Assembly: GCA_046732135.1 (NCBI GenBank)
Contig: JBKPML010000075.1
Location: forward strand, 1,222 to 65,221
From: Actinomycetota bacterium
GTDB lineage: Bacteria > Actinomycetota > Actinomycetes > Propionibacteriales > Propionibacteriaceae
Direction: 5' to 3'
Length of the DNA stretch: 64,000 nt
A program made the translations under genes and the position numbers. The notes under the pieces were generated by a model, which was not told where the DNA came from, ran no database searches, and saw nothing but the letters and a program-made list of their open reading frames with translations. Of this stretch, positions 9,214 through 18,738 are shown piece by piece. How positions within the stretch are numbered: position 1 is the stretch's first letter; each line of letters opens with the position of its first letter.

Positions 9214-10854
9214 GTGCGAGTTCTGGGCATCAATGCGGTGTTTCACGACTCTGCTGCGGCAGTGGTCGTTGACGGCCGTACCGTTGCCGCCGCCGAGGAG
9301 GAGCGCTTCAGCCGCCGCAAGCACGCCAAACGAGCAGTGCCGTTCTCGACGTGGGAGCTTCCTGAGCAGGCCATCGCGTGGTGTCTGGCCGAGGCGGGCC
9401 TCGAAGCAGCTGATCTGGACGGAGTCGGCTACTCGTACGATCCGGCTTTGGTCGATCCGGCATCGGGCAGACTTGACCCGGCGTGGGAAGAACTGCGCAC
9501 TACCTACGCGACCCGAGCGCCACAGTTCCTGAAGACGGTGCTCCCTGGCTACTCACCCGAGATCTTTGCGTTTGTCCGGCACCACGTTGCCCATGCCGCC
9601 TCGGCCGGCCTAGCAGCACCATTCGGACCGGGTCCGAGTTTGGGTGATTGCGCGGTGTTCGTTGCCGATGGCCGTGGCGAGGCGACAGCCATGCTGGCCG
9701 GTGAGTATCGCGACCGCAAGCTCGACCTCCTGGCCTCCCAGCGCCTGCCGCATTCCCTCGGCCTGCTGTACGAGGACCTGACTGCACATCTGGGGTTTGA
9801 GCGATCGAGTGACGAGTACAAGGTGATGGCTCTGGCGTCGTACGGGACGCCCAGACACATCTCGCTCTTCCGCCGCCTGGTCTATGCCACCGGCGAGGGC
9901 GGCTTCCGCACCGAGCCCGTCGACTGGGCAGCTCTGGCGCCCCTGCACGAGCCCGGCGCCGACTTCGACGAGCGGCACGCTGACCTCGCCTGCAGCGTGC
10001 AGACTGTGCTCGAGGAAGTGCTGCTCGACCTATGTGGCTGGCTGCACGAGCGGACCGGCAACAACAAGCTTGCCCTGGCCGGTGGAGTGGCGCTGAACTG
10101 CGTGGCCAATACTCGACTGTTCGCCGAAAGCCCCTTCCGCGAGATCTGGGTCCAGCCGGCATCGGGCGATTCGGGCACGGCGCTCGGTGCTGCCTTGACC
10201 CTCGTCGCGGAGTCGGGCGAGGACATAGTGCCGATGACTAACGCCGCCCTCGGGCGCGGCTGGAGCGACGCAAACCTCGAACAGATCTTGATCAACGCCA
10301 GGGTGCCGTACGAAAGACCGGACGACATAGCACGGGCCGCCGCCGAGGTGATCGCCGGCAATGGTGTTGTCGCCTGGTTCCAGGGCCGAGCCGAGTACGG
10401 TCCCCGGGCACTTGGCCACCGTTCGCTGTTGGCTCATCCCGGGCGCGCGGACAACGTCGAGCGACTGAATGAGATAAAGGGCCGCGAACAATTCCGGCCC
10501 GTCGCGCCGATGGTCTTGCTTGAGCGAGCCGCCGAAATCTTCACCCGCGGTCCGGTGCCGAGCCCGTATATGCTCTTCGTCCACGATGTTGCGCCAGAGT
10601 GGCAGGATCGGCTGCGAGCAGTGACCCACGTCGACGGTACGGCCCGAATTCAGACGGTCGATCGAGCGGAAGATGACCGCATGGCCTCGCTGCTATCGGC
10701 CTTCGATCGGCTCACCGGCATACCAGTCGTCGTCAACACAAGCTTGAACACTGCCGGGCGGCCCATGGTTGACAGCCCACGTGACGCTTTGGAGCTGTTC
10801 GGCTCAGCGCCAATTGACGCGCTGGCCATCGGGCCCTATCTCCTGCGCCGATGA
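9214..10854 (+). CDS. Carbamoyltransferase, CmcH/NodU family
   Basis: HDSAAA, EEERFSRRKH, HHVAHA, EYKVMALASYG, GGVALNC, GPRALGHRS, KGREQFRP and NTSLN motifs. Confidence 0.95.
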   Translation: MRVLGINAVFHDSAAAVVVDGRTVAAAEEERFSRRKHAKRAVPFSTWELPEQAIAWCLAEAGLEAADLDGVGYSYDPALVDPASGRLDPAWEELRTTYATRAPQFLKTVLPGYSPEIFAFVRHHVAHAASAGLAAPFGPGPSLGDCAVFVADGRGEATAMLAGEYRDRKLDLLASQRLPHSLGLLYEDLTAHLGFERSSDEYKVMALASYGTPRHISLFRRLVYATGEGGFRTEPVDWAALAPLHEPGADFDERHADLACSVQTVLEEVLLDLCGWLHERTGNNKLALAGGVALNCVANTRLFAESPFREIWVQPASGDSGTALGAALTLVAESGEDIVPMTNAALGRGWSDANLEQILINARVPYERPDDIARAAAEVIAGNGVVAWFQGRAEYGPRALGHRSLLAHPGRADNVERLNEIKGREQFRPVAPMVLLERAAEIFTRGPVPSPYMLFVHDVAPEWQDRLRAVTHVDGTARIQTVDRAEDDRMASLLSAFDRLTGIPVVVNTSLNTAGRPMVDSPRDALELFGSAPIDALAIGPYLLRR

Positions 10855-12380
10855 CCGCCGCGACGACGGATCTTTCTGTTGACTTCGCAGTGGTCATCCC
10901 GACAATCGGTCGCTCCAGCCTGCGTGAGCTGATCGCCGCTGTTGACGGTGAGCCGGCGCCGGCGTGCATCGTGGTCGCCGACGATCGGCGGGATCCCGCA
11001 CCCCATCTGCCGTTGCCACAGACGCGGGCCCGTCTCGTGGTGGTGCGCAGCCACGGTCGGGGGCCGGCAGCAGCGAGGAATGCGGGCTGGCGGGCCACAG
11101 AGTCGGAGTGGGTGGCGTTCTTGGACGACGACGTCCAGGTGCCAAACGACTGGTGCGCCCAGCTCGTCCGCGATCTTCGCGAGCTGCCGGCGAGCGTCGC
11201 TGCTTCCCAGGCCCGGCTGCACGTGCCTCACCCGGCCGGACGGCGCCCCACCGACGAGCAGCGACACACCACCAGCTTGGTGAGTGCACGATGGATTACT
11301 GCCGACATGGCATACCGCCGCTCGGCCTTGATGGCTACCGGCGGCTTCGACGAGCGGTTTCCACGCGCCTTCCGCGAAGACTCCGACCTGGCGCTGCGGA
11401 CGGTCCGCGCCGGATATTCCATCCTGTGGGGTGATCGGGTGACCACCCATCCCCTCACTTCCCGCGGGGGGTGGCGCAGCAGTCTGCGTGCTCAAGCCGG
11501 GAATGCCGACAACGCCTTGATGCTCGCCAAGTATGGGAAAGGTTGGCGCAGGCTGATCGCCGCCGGACGTGGCCGCACCGGTGTCCATGCGATGACAGTC
11601 GCCTGCGGGGCGGGGGCATTGGCCGCCATCGCCACCCGGCGTCCTCGTGTCCTGGCTGCATTCGCCGTTGGATGGACGGCCCTGACGGCAGAATTTGCGA
11701 TAGAGCGCATCCTTCCCGGGCCGCGGACCTCACGCGAGGTCGGCACCATGCTGGCCACCAGTGCCGCAATACCACCGCTAGCCATTGCGCATCGGCTACG
11801 GGGCGAGTGGGCCGTGCGACGAGCCAACTGGCGATGTCCGCAGTTCGACAACCGGCCGAGGGCTGTCCTGTTCGACCGGGACGGGACATTGATCAAGAAT
11901 GTCCCTTATCTGGCCGACCCCGGACGCGTCCAGCCTGTGCCTGGGGCCGGTCAGACCTTGGCGGCACTACGCCGCAATGGCATCGCTGTCGGCGTGATCA
12001 GCAATCAGTCTGGAGTGGCCCGCGGCTTGATCACTCCTGATCAGCTCGCATCGGTGAATGCCCAGGTGGAATCCCTGCTGGGACCCTTCGACACCTGGCA
12101 GCTCTGCACTCACCACCCGCACGACGCCTGCTCCTGCCGCAAGCCGGCGCCCGGCATGGTGGCCGCCGCCGCCGAGGCGCTCGGATTGCCCGCCAAGGAT
12201 TGCCTGCTCATCGGCGACACGGGAGCCGATATCGATGCCGCGCTGACTGCGGGAGCTCGCGCGGTGCTGGTACCGAACGCGGCGACCCGGCGAAGCGAAA
12301 TCGACCGTGCAGCCGTGGTTGCCTCGGTAGCACCCACCCTGACCGCTGCCGTACGGCAGAGTGTGGGACGGCTGGCGTGA
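10851..12380 (+). CDS. gmhB: Fusion of GT2 glycosyltransferase and GmhB-type HAD-IIIA heptose-1,7-bisphosphate phosphatase
   Basis: N-term VVIPTIGR, AARNAG, FLDDD and GGFDERF..REDSD. A hydrophobic linker follows, then C-term FDRDGTL, CxH..CxCRKPAPGM and GD..D. Confidence 0.85.
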   Translation: MTAATTDLSVDFAVVIPTIGRSSLRELIAAVDGEPAPACIVVADDRRDPAPHLPLPQTRARLVVVRSHGRGPAAARNAGWRATESEWVAFLDDDVQVPNDWCAQLVRDLRELPASVAASQARLHVPHPAGRRPTDEQRHTTSLVSARWITADMAYRRSALMATGGFDERFPRAFREDSDLALRTVRAGYSILWGDRVTTHPLTSRGGWRSSLRAQAGNADNALMLAKYGKGWRRLIAAGRGRTGVHAMTVACGAGALAAIATRRPRVLAAFAVGWTALTAEFAIERILPGPRTSREVGTMLATSAAIPPLAIAHRLRGEWAVRRANWRCPQFDNRPRAVLFDRDGTLIKNVPYLADPGRVQPVPGAGQTLAALRRNGIAVGVISNQSGVARGLITPDQLASVNAQVESLLGPFDTWQLCTHHPHDACSCRKPAPGMVAAAAEALGLPAKDCLLIGDTGADIDAALTAGARAVLVPNAATRRSEIDRAAVVASVAPTLTAAVRQSVGRLA

Positions 12381-13432
12381 CTTGGGCCCCCGACCCGGCC
12401 CGTCGTGGCCACGTACTCGTTGCTCGGCTCGACAGCCTCGGTGATCTGCTGCTCGCCGGTCCTGCGGTACGGGCTGTCGCTGGTTCGGCCGCAAAGGTGA
12501 CGATGCTGGTTGGCCGCGGCCGACGTTCCGACGCCTTGCTACTTCCTGGCTTGGACGACGTGATCGAGTTCGATGCTCCGTGGGTCGTCTTCGAGCCGGA
12601 GCCGGTACGGCTGGAGCAGATGACAGCGCTCATCGATGCGGTTCACAACTCAGGAGTAGACGCGGCCCTGATCTTGACCTCATTCCACCAATCGCCGCTG
12701 CCGCTGGCGCTGCTCCTGCGGATGGCCGGAGTCGACTGGATTGGCGCGATTAGCGACGATTACCCCGGTTCCCTGCTTGATCTTCGCCATCGAGTTGCAG
12801 GCTCGCCGCCGGAGTCCGAGCGCAATTTGTCCCTTGCCCAAGCCGCTGGCTTCCTGCCCGACGAGCGCGGTGCTCGGCTGGCCGTACGGCGGCCGCTGCC
12901 TGACGCGACGCCGTGGACCGGCACGGGTCCGTATGTCGTCTTCCATCCGGGTGCCTCGGCCAGCTCACGCCGGCCGATTGCAACCCATAGTCGCATCCTG
13001 GTTGCTGCCTTGGCTGATGCCGGCCATCGGGTAGTCGTTACCGGCTCGGCGGCGGAGACCACCTTGGCGTCCAGCGTTGCCGACGGCGACGCCCTGGACC
13101 TTTCCGGACAGCTCGACCTGCCACACCTTGCCGCGGTGCTCGACGGCGCGCAGGTTGTGATCGCCCCGAACACTGGTCCCGCTCACTTGGCAGCAGCCGT
13201 TGGCACACCGGTTGTCTCGCTGTTCGCCCCGGTCGTGCCTGCCGCAAGTTGGGCGCCGTACGGTGTGGCCTCAGCTGTCCTTGGCGACCAGGAGGCAGCT
13301 TGTCGCGACTCGCGAGCCAAAGTCTGTCCCGTGCCCGGCCATCCCTGCCTGACCTCGATCCGGCCGCAAGAGGTCGTTGCTGCCGTCGACAGGCTCGCCT
13401 CACCGGAGTTGGTGCCGCATGAGCTCTATTGA
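12377..13432 (+). CDS. GT9 glycosyltransferase (ADP-heptose heptosyltransferase-like)
   Basis: RLDSLGDLLL, FHPGAS and NTGPAHLAAAVGTPVVSLF. GTG 12377 overlaps the upstream stop. Confidence 0.9.
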   Translation: MTWAPDPARRGHVLVARLDSLGDLLLAGPAVRAVAGSAAKVTMLVGRGRRSDALLLPGLDDVIEFDAPWVVFEPEPVRLEQMTALIDAVHNSGVDAALILTSFHQSPLPLALLLRMAGVDWIGAISDDYPGSLLDLRHRVAGSPPESERNLSLAQAAGFLPDERGARLAVRRPLPDATPWTGTGPYVVFHPGASASSRRPIATHSRILVAALADAGHRVVVTGSAAETTLASSVADGDALDLSGQLDLPHLAAVLDGAQVVIAPNTGPAHLAAAVGTPVVSLFAPVVPAASWAPYGVASAVLGDQEAACRDSRAKVCPVPGHPCLTSIRPQEVVAAVDRLASPELVPHELY

Positions 13433-14015
13433 TCAATCCGCACGCCACCACCTCGTCGAGGATCACCTGGCGGCGCTGGCCTTGGCTGCGGATGGCGCTC
13501 GGCCCTTCGGCCCGGTCATTGCCGCATGGGCGGACCAGCTAGCCAACGTCTTCGGTGCCGGAGGCCGGCTGCTGGCGTGCGGCAATGGCGGAAGTGCGGC
13601 GGAGGCCCAGCACCTGACCGGTGAGCTGGTCGGCCGATTTCGTTACGACCGCCAGCCGCTCTCGGCGATCGCATTGGGCGCCGATATAGCCGCGACGACG
13701 GCGATCTTGAACGACTACGGGACCGAGGAGATCTTTGCCCGCCAAGTCAGGGCACACGGCCAGCCGGGCGATGTCTTGGTTGCCTTTTCCACCAGCGGCA
13801 CGAGCGCCAACGTGGTCGCGGCGGCCAAGGCCGCCCTCGAGACCGGCATCACGGTCTGGGCGCTGACCGGGCCGGCGCCCAACCCGCTGGCTGCGCTGTC
13901 CGACTCGGCGATTCCAATTGATGCACCAACGGTCGCAACCGTTCAGGAAATCCATCTTTCGGTCGTGCATGCGCTGTGTCTCGCGCTCGACAGCGCTCTC
14001 GGAGTTCCAACGTGA
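13419..14015 (+). CDS. gmhA: Sedoheptulose-7-phosphate isomerase (SIS domain)
   Basis: GNGGSAAEAQHLTGELVGRF, FARQV, STSGTSANV and QEIH motifs. Confidence 0.9.
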   Translation: MSSIDQSARHHLVEDHLAALALAADGARPFGPVIAAWADQLANVFGAGGRLLACGNGGSAAEAQHLTGELVGRFRYDRQPLSAIALGADIAATTAILNDYGTEEIFARQVRAHGQPGDVLVAFSTSGTSANVVAAAKAALETGITVWALTGPAPNPLAALSDSAIPIDAPTVATVQEIHLSVVHALCLALDSALGVPT

Positions 14016-15439
14016 CGAACGAGCCCCTGATGATCGTCGGCGACTCGCTGCTCGATGTCGATATCGAAGGATCCGCTGACCGGCTGAGCCCCGAAGCGCC
14101 GGTACCCGTCGTTGATGTAAAGCGGACTTGGCATCGGCCTGGAGGCGCCGGGCTGGCTGCGCTGATCGCAGCTCAGTCCAACCGCGAAGTGATCTTGATC
14201 ACCGCAATAGGCACCGACGATGCAGGCGACAAGCTCCGTGAGCTGCTGGAGTCGGTGGTCCAGCTGCGACCGCTCCGTCTCCGCGGGACGACCGCCTGCA
14301 AGACTCGGGTTTCCGCTGCAGGTATGCCGATGCTGCGACTTGACACCGGCGACGGCCGAGCGGAAGGCGTCGAAGTGCCGTCCTTGATCACTGACTTATT
14401 TGATCAGGCCGGAGCAATTCTGGTGTCTGATTACGGTCGAGGAGTCGCTGGATTGCCGGCTGTACGTGAGCAGTTAGCTCGCAGCGCGCCCCGGATTCCG
14501 GTCGTCTGGGATCCTCATCCGCTTGGCGCAGATCCAGTCGCACGATGTGCCATGGTCACTCCGAACTCGGCCGAGGCCGCCAAGCTCAGCGGCACGGACG
14601 AGCCCGAGACCCAGGGCCGCCTCTTGTGCGAGCGATGGCAGGCTGCTGCTGTGGTGATAACCCGCGGCGATCGTGGTGCAACCGTCACCTCCGCCGATTC
14701 CCTGATCACCACGACGGTGCCCCTCCTTGATCGCCAGGCGCGGCTGCGGCCGGACACGTGCGGCGCCGGCGATGCCTTCGCGGTTGCGGCGGCCGAGGCG
14801 CTTCGAAGTGGCTCCGATTCCGAGCATGCGGTCAGAGCAGCAGTGAGCAGAGCCGCCACGTATGTGAACGCAGGAGCCGCGGCGTCCTTCTCAACTGCCG
14901 CTGCGGCCGCTCAGGTGCCAGGGTCCGGTGCGGCAGCGGAGCGCCGGAATGCCTTGGAGCTGGCGGATCGCATCCGGCGCACGGGTGGGCGACTCGTCGC
15001 GACAGGTGGTTGCTTCGACCTGCTACATCGAGGTCACGTGAGCCTACTGGAACAGGCGCGGGCGCTCGGCGACGCGCTGATTGTCTGCCTCAATTCCGAT
15101 GTGTCGGTGCGCCGGGCCAAGGGTCCGGGCCGGCCGGTCGTTCCGCAGCAGGACCGAGCCCGCGTTCTGTCCGCGCTCGCCGCTGTTGACGGCGTCGCGA
15201 TCTTCGACGAATCCACGCCGGCGGAGCTGCTCGCCAAACTGCAGCCAGATATCTGGGTCAAAGGGACCGACTATGCCAACCGACCAATGCCCGAGGCCGA
15301 AATCGTCCGGCAGTTCGGTGGACAGGTCGTCCTTGTCCCAGTAGTGCCCGGCTATTCGACAAGCCGGCTGGTCGGAACCGCACTGCAGCGCCCGTCTGCC
15401 CAACCACCCAGATCCAGCGTTCCCCAGGAGGCTTCATGA
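14012..15439 (+). CDS. hldE: Bifunctional heptose-7-P kinase / heptose-1-P nucleotidyltransferase
   Basis: PfkB domain (GDSLLD..RLSPEAPVPV, DTCGAGD) fused to a CTP_transf domain (TGGCFDLLHRGH, LNSD.SV...KGPGRP, KGTDY). Confidence 0.9.
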   Translation: MTNEPLMIVGDSLLDVDIEGSADRLSPEAPVPVVDVKRTWHRPGGAGLAALIAAQSNREVILITAIGTDDAGDKLRELLESVVQLRPLRLRGTTACKTRVSAAGMPMLRLDTGDGRAEGVEVPSLITDLFDQAGAILVSDYGRGVAGLPAVREQLARSAPRIPVVWDPHPLGADPVARCAMVTPNSAEAAKLSGTDEPETQGRLLCERWQAAAVVITRGDRGATVTSADSLITTTVPLLDRQARLRPDTCGAGDAFAVAAAEALRSGSDSEHAVRAAVSRAATYVNAGAAASFSTAAAAAQVPGSGAAAERRNALELADRIRRTGGRLVATGGCFDLLHRGHVSLLEQARALGDALIVCLNSDVSVRRAKGPGRPVVPQQDRARVLSALAAVDGVAIFDESTPAELLAKLQPDIWVKGTDYANRPMPEAEIVRQFGGQVVLVPVVPGYSTSRLVGTALQRPSAQPPRSSVPQEAS

Positions 15440-16182
15440 CCACATCCACCATGCCCAACTCCTCGCCAGCAATGGCTGCTTCGATTGACGGCCAGGCGAC
15501 GCTGGGCACCATCCTGGTAACCGGCGGCGCATCCGGACTCGGCGCGGCGACCGTGGCAGCCGTACGCGCGGCCGGTGGCACACCACTAGTCCTGGACGTT
15601 GCAGCACCAGCAGAGGATGTGCCGTACGAGCGGGTGGACCTCGCCGACTCCAGTGCTGCCGAACGAGCGGTGAATGCCGTTGTTGCCGCCAGCGGGGGAC
15701 GGCTCGACGGTGTGTTCACCGCTGCTGGCATCGATTCCTGCGGTCCCCTTGATCAAGTTCCAGCTGCCAACTGGGAACGAGTGATCAAGGTCAACCTGAT
15801 CGGGACTGCCGCAGTGATCCGGGCAGCGCTGCCGTACCTGAAACGCAGCCATGGTCGGGTGGTCACGTGCGCGTCGACTCTGGGCATCAAGGCGGTGAGC
15901 GATGCCACTGCATACTGCGCTTCAAAGTTTGGCGTCGTCGGCTTCACCCGAGCCTTGGCCGCCGAGACTGCCGGTGAGGTCGGCGTTACTTTGCTGATCC
16001 CGGGCGGTATGCACACCCACTTCTTCGACGACAGGACGGAGCAGTACAAGCCACCGCCGGACGCGAAGCTCAACCAGCCGGCCGACGTCGCCGCAGCCGT
16101 TGTGTTTGCGTTCAGCCAACCGGCGGGCTGCGAAGTTCGCGAGCTGGTGGTCTGCGCGTCAACCGAGGGTTCCTGGCCCTGA
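15436..16182 (+). CDS. SDR family oxidoreductase
   Basis: TGGASGLG and YCASK motifs; coupled to hldE by a 4-bp overlap. Confidence 0.85.
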   Translation: MTTSTMPNSSPAMAASIDGQATLGTILVTGGASGLGAATVAAVRAAGGTPLVLDVAAPAEDVPYERVDLADSSAAERAVNAVVAASGGRLDGVFTAAGIDSCGPLDQVPAANWERVIKVNLIGTAAVIRAALPYLKRSHGRVVTCASTLGIKAVSDATAYCASKFGVVGFTRALAAETAGEVGVTLLIPGGMHTHFFDDRTEQYKPPPDAKLNQPADVAAAVVFAFSQPAGCEVRELVVCASTEGSWP

Positions 16183-16184
16183 CG

Positions 16185-17147
16185 GTGCGACACGTCCTGA
16201 TTCTGCGTGCCCTCGGCCTCGGGGACTTTCTCACTGGTGTACCGGCATATCGGGGCCTGCGGTCGGCGTATCCAGACGCAGTGCTGACTCTCGCCGCGCC
16301 GGCGTATCTACAGCCGCTTCTGCCGCTCACTGGCGCAGTCGATCGGTTGCTGGCAACCGAGAGCTTGGGTCGGCTCACTCCCACCGCGCCCGAGCCCGAT
16401 CTTGCCGTCAATCTGCACGGCCGCGGCCCCGAAAGCATCGACGATCTGATGGGCAGCGGCGCGACAAAGTTGATCACCCACCGCCACCCGCTCCGGCCCC
16501 AGGTGGCCGGGCCGGACTGGCTGGATGAAGTACACGAGGTTCATCGCTGGTGCCGGCTCCTTGACTTCGCCGGCATCTCCAGTGACCCCCTTGATCTCCG
16601 ATTGGCCACACCTGACCTATCGCCGCCGGTATCCGGCGCCATTGTCCTTCATCCTGGTGCGGCCGCCCCCGCGCGACGCTGGCCGGCCGAACGGTTCGGG
16701 GCTGTGGCCCGCCAGTTTGCAGATACCGAACTTCCGGTTGTGGTGACTGGCACCTCGGGTGAGGATCGAACCGCCGAGACGGTGATCCGATCCGGGGGCT
16801 TGCCGCCCACCAGTAATCTCTGCGGCAAACTTGATCTTGCTCAGCTGGCCACCTTGATCGCCAGTGCCGAGCTCGTGATCAGCGGCGATACCGGCGTCGC
16901 TCATCTTGCCAGCGCGTACGCCACACCGTCGGTTGTTCTATTCGGCCCAACCCCACCAAGCCTCTGGGGTCCGCCACCCGACGGTCCACATACCGTGCTC
17001 TGGGACGGTTCCATAGGGGATCCGCACGCCAAGCGGCCCGACCCCGGTCTGCTCAGCATCGATATCGAAGCAGTAGTCCGGGCTGCCCGTGCACGTCTGG
17101 AGCAGGCGGTTGAAGTCGAGCGACGCCTCAAGTCGCTTGTCCGATGA
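16185..17147 (+). CDS. Second GT9 glycosyltransferase
   Basis: RALGLGDFLT, LHPGAAAPARRWP and GDTGVAHLASAYATPSVVLFGP motifs. Confidence 0.9.
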   Translation: MRHVLILRALGLGDFLTGVPAYRGLRSAYPDAVLTLAAPAYLQPLLPLTGAVDRLLATESLGRLTPTAPEPDLAVNLHGRGPESIDDLMGSGATKLITHRHPLRPQVAGPDWLDEVHEVHRWCRLLDFAGISSDPLDLRLATPDLSPPVSGAIVLHPGAAAPARRWPAERFGAVARQFADTELPVVVTGTSGEDRTAETVIRSGGLPPTSNLCGKLDLAQLATLIASAELVISGDTGVAHLASAYATPSVVLFGPTPPSLWGPPPDGPHTVLWDGSIGDPHAKRPDPGLLSIDIEAVVRAARARLEQAVEVERRLKSLVR

Positions 17148-17209
17148 GTCTTGACTGCCGGGCCGGTCTGCAGTTGAGGAGGTAAATCGCAGCGGAAAGG
17201 GGAAGTCTG

Positions 17210-17842
17210 ATGACCAAGGTGCTGGCCGGAATCACCACATCGGTCGATGGATACATCACCGGACCGGACGACGGCCCTGGCAACGGCTTGGGCACGGGCG
17301 GCGAGCGACTCCACTACTGGGTGTTCGGCGGACCGTGGACATACGCCGAGGAGCGGGGCGAGCCGACGGGCGAGGATGCTGCCTGGCTGGCGGAAATGTC
17401 GTCGCGCGCCGGAGCGGTGGTCGGCGGCCGCTGGACCTACGAGTCCGCGGGAGCCTGGGGAGGAGAGAACCCGTGGGGAATGCCGTTCTTCATCGTCACG
17501 CATCGACCGGAGGAGGAGCCCGAGGGCAAAGGGTTCACGTTCATCCGTGGCGTGTCAGAAGCCATCGAGCAAGCCAGGAAGGCCGCCGGGGACAAGGACG
17601 TTCACGTCATGGGTGGAGCCGACGTAATCCGCCAGGCGCTCGATGCGGAGTTGGTTGACGAGCTGAGCATCGTCATCGCGCCCGTCGTTCTGGGCGGTGG
17701 GAAGCGCCTGTTCGAAGGGTTTTCGAAATCGTTGGATCTTGAGCACCTCAGCGCACGACAGTCACCGTACGCGACGTTCATCAGCTACCGCGTCAAAACG
17801 GCCATGACGATCGACGCTGCAGTAAGTAAGGATGCGCGCTGA
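17210..17842 (+). CDS. Dihydrofolate reductase-like (RibD C-terminal) protein
   Basis: TSVDGYI, VVGGRWTY, MGGADV and PVVLGGGKRLF motifs. Confidence 0.85.
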   Translation: MTKVLAGITTSVDGYITGPDDGPGNGLGTGGERLHYWVFGGPWTYAEERGEPTGEDAAWLAEMSSRAGAVVGGRWTYESAGAWGGENPWGMPFFIVTHRPEEEPEGKGFTFIRGVSEAIEQARKAAGDKDVHVMGGADVIRQALDAELVDELSIVIAPVVLGGGKRLFEGFSKSLDLEHLSARQSPYATFISYRVKTAMTIDAAVSKDAR

Positions 17843-18728
17843 CGCGGCGGGTCCCGCCTTCCATCTGTTACGCATCATCCAGCAGCGGTACGGGTTGGAT
17901 ATTTCGAGCGAAGCGCCAAGGCTGACCGGCGGCTATGCCAATGACGTCTTCCTGCTGCAAGGCCCTTCCCCAGTTGTCTTGCATATCAAGCATCCGCCAG
18001 TCGATCTCGAGAGCCTGGAATGGGAGCATCGGTTGGTCGGGCTGGTGTCGGAACGGCTTTCGGAAGTGCCTGCACCGCTGGCGGCACGGAATGGCGTGAC
18101 CTTCTTCGTCCATGAGGGGCAACCGGTATGGCTCACTCCGTACGTATCCGGGAGCCCGCCCAGCGCAATGATCGCCGTGCGGTCGCGGCTGCCCTGGGCC
18201 GTCTGCACGCTACCAAGATCAACATCTCTGCTAGGCCCGGTCACGCCAGAATTGGGGACCTTCCGATTCCTCCGGTGCGCGAGATGCCACCGAATTTCGA
18301 GGCCTGGTTGCCGACAATCCACCAAGCTCGGGCCGACATGATCAAGCTGATCTCACAGCTCAACCAAACCCGACAGCTCACGGTGGGCGTGACTCACAAC
18401 GACATTTCCAGGGAATGTCCTTGTCCAAGACGGCGAGGTCACGGCCCTTCTTGACTGGGAAGAGGCCGATATCGACTGGCTGGTGTGGGACCTCGCCACC
18501 AGCATCTGGCCATTTTGTGACAGCGCTGGCACCGTCAACGCCGCAGTCGCTGACTTCCTCAGCAGCTACCGGGCTGCAGGAAGTCGCGTACCGCCCGACG
18601 AGGAGGATCTGATCATTCCGCTCCTCCGCGCAAAGCGAATCCTTGAGGTGCTTCGAGCACCCACTGACCGTCATCCGTGCTGGGATCTTCAGCTGGCAAA
18701 CCTTCGTGCGTATTCCGCGCTGACTTGA
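17832..18728 (+). pseudogene. Aminoglycoside phosphotransferase/homoserine kinase-like gene split by two frameshifts
   Basis: Three pieces: GGYANDVF..., then ALGRLH...THNDI, then PGNVLVQDGEV..LDWEE. Breaks are at about 18152 and 18407. Confidence 0.7.
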
Positions 18729-18738
18729 TCCAGAACCG

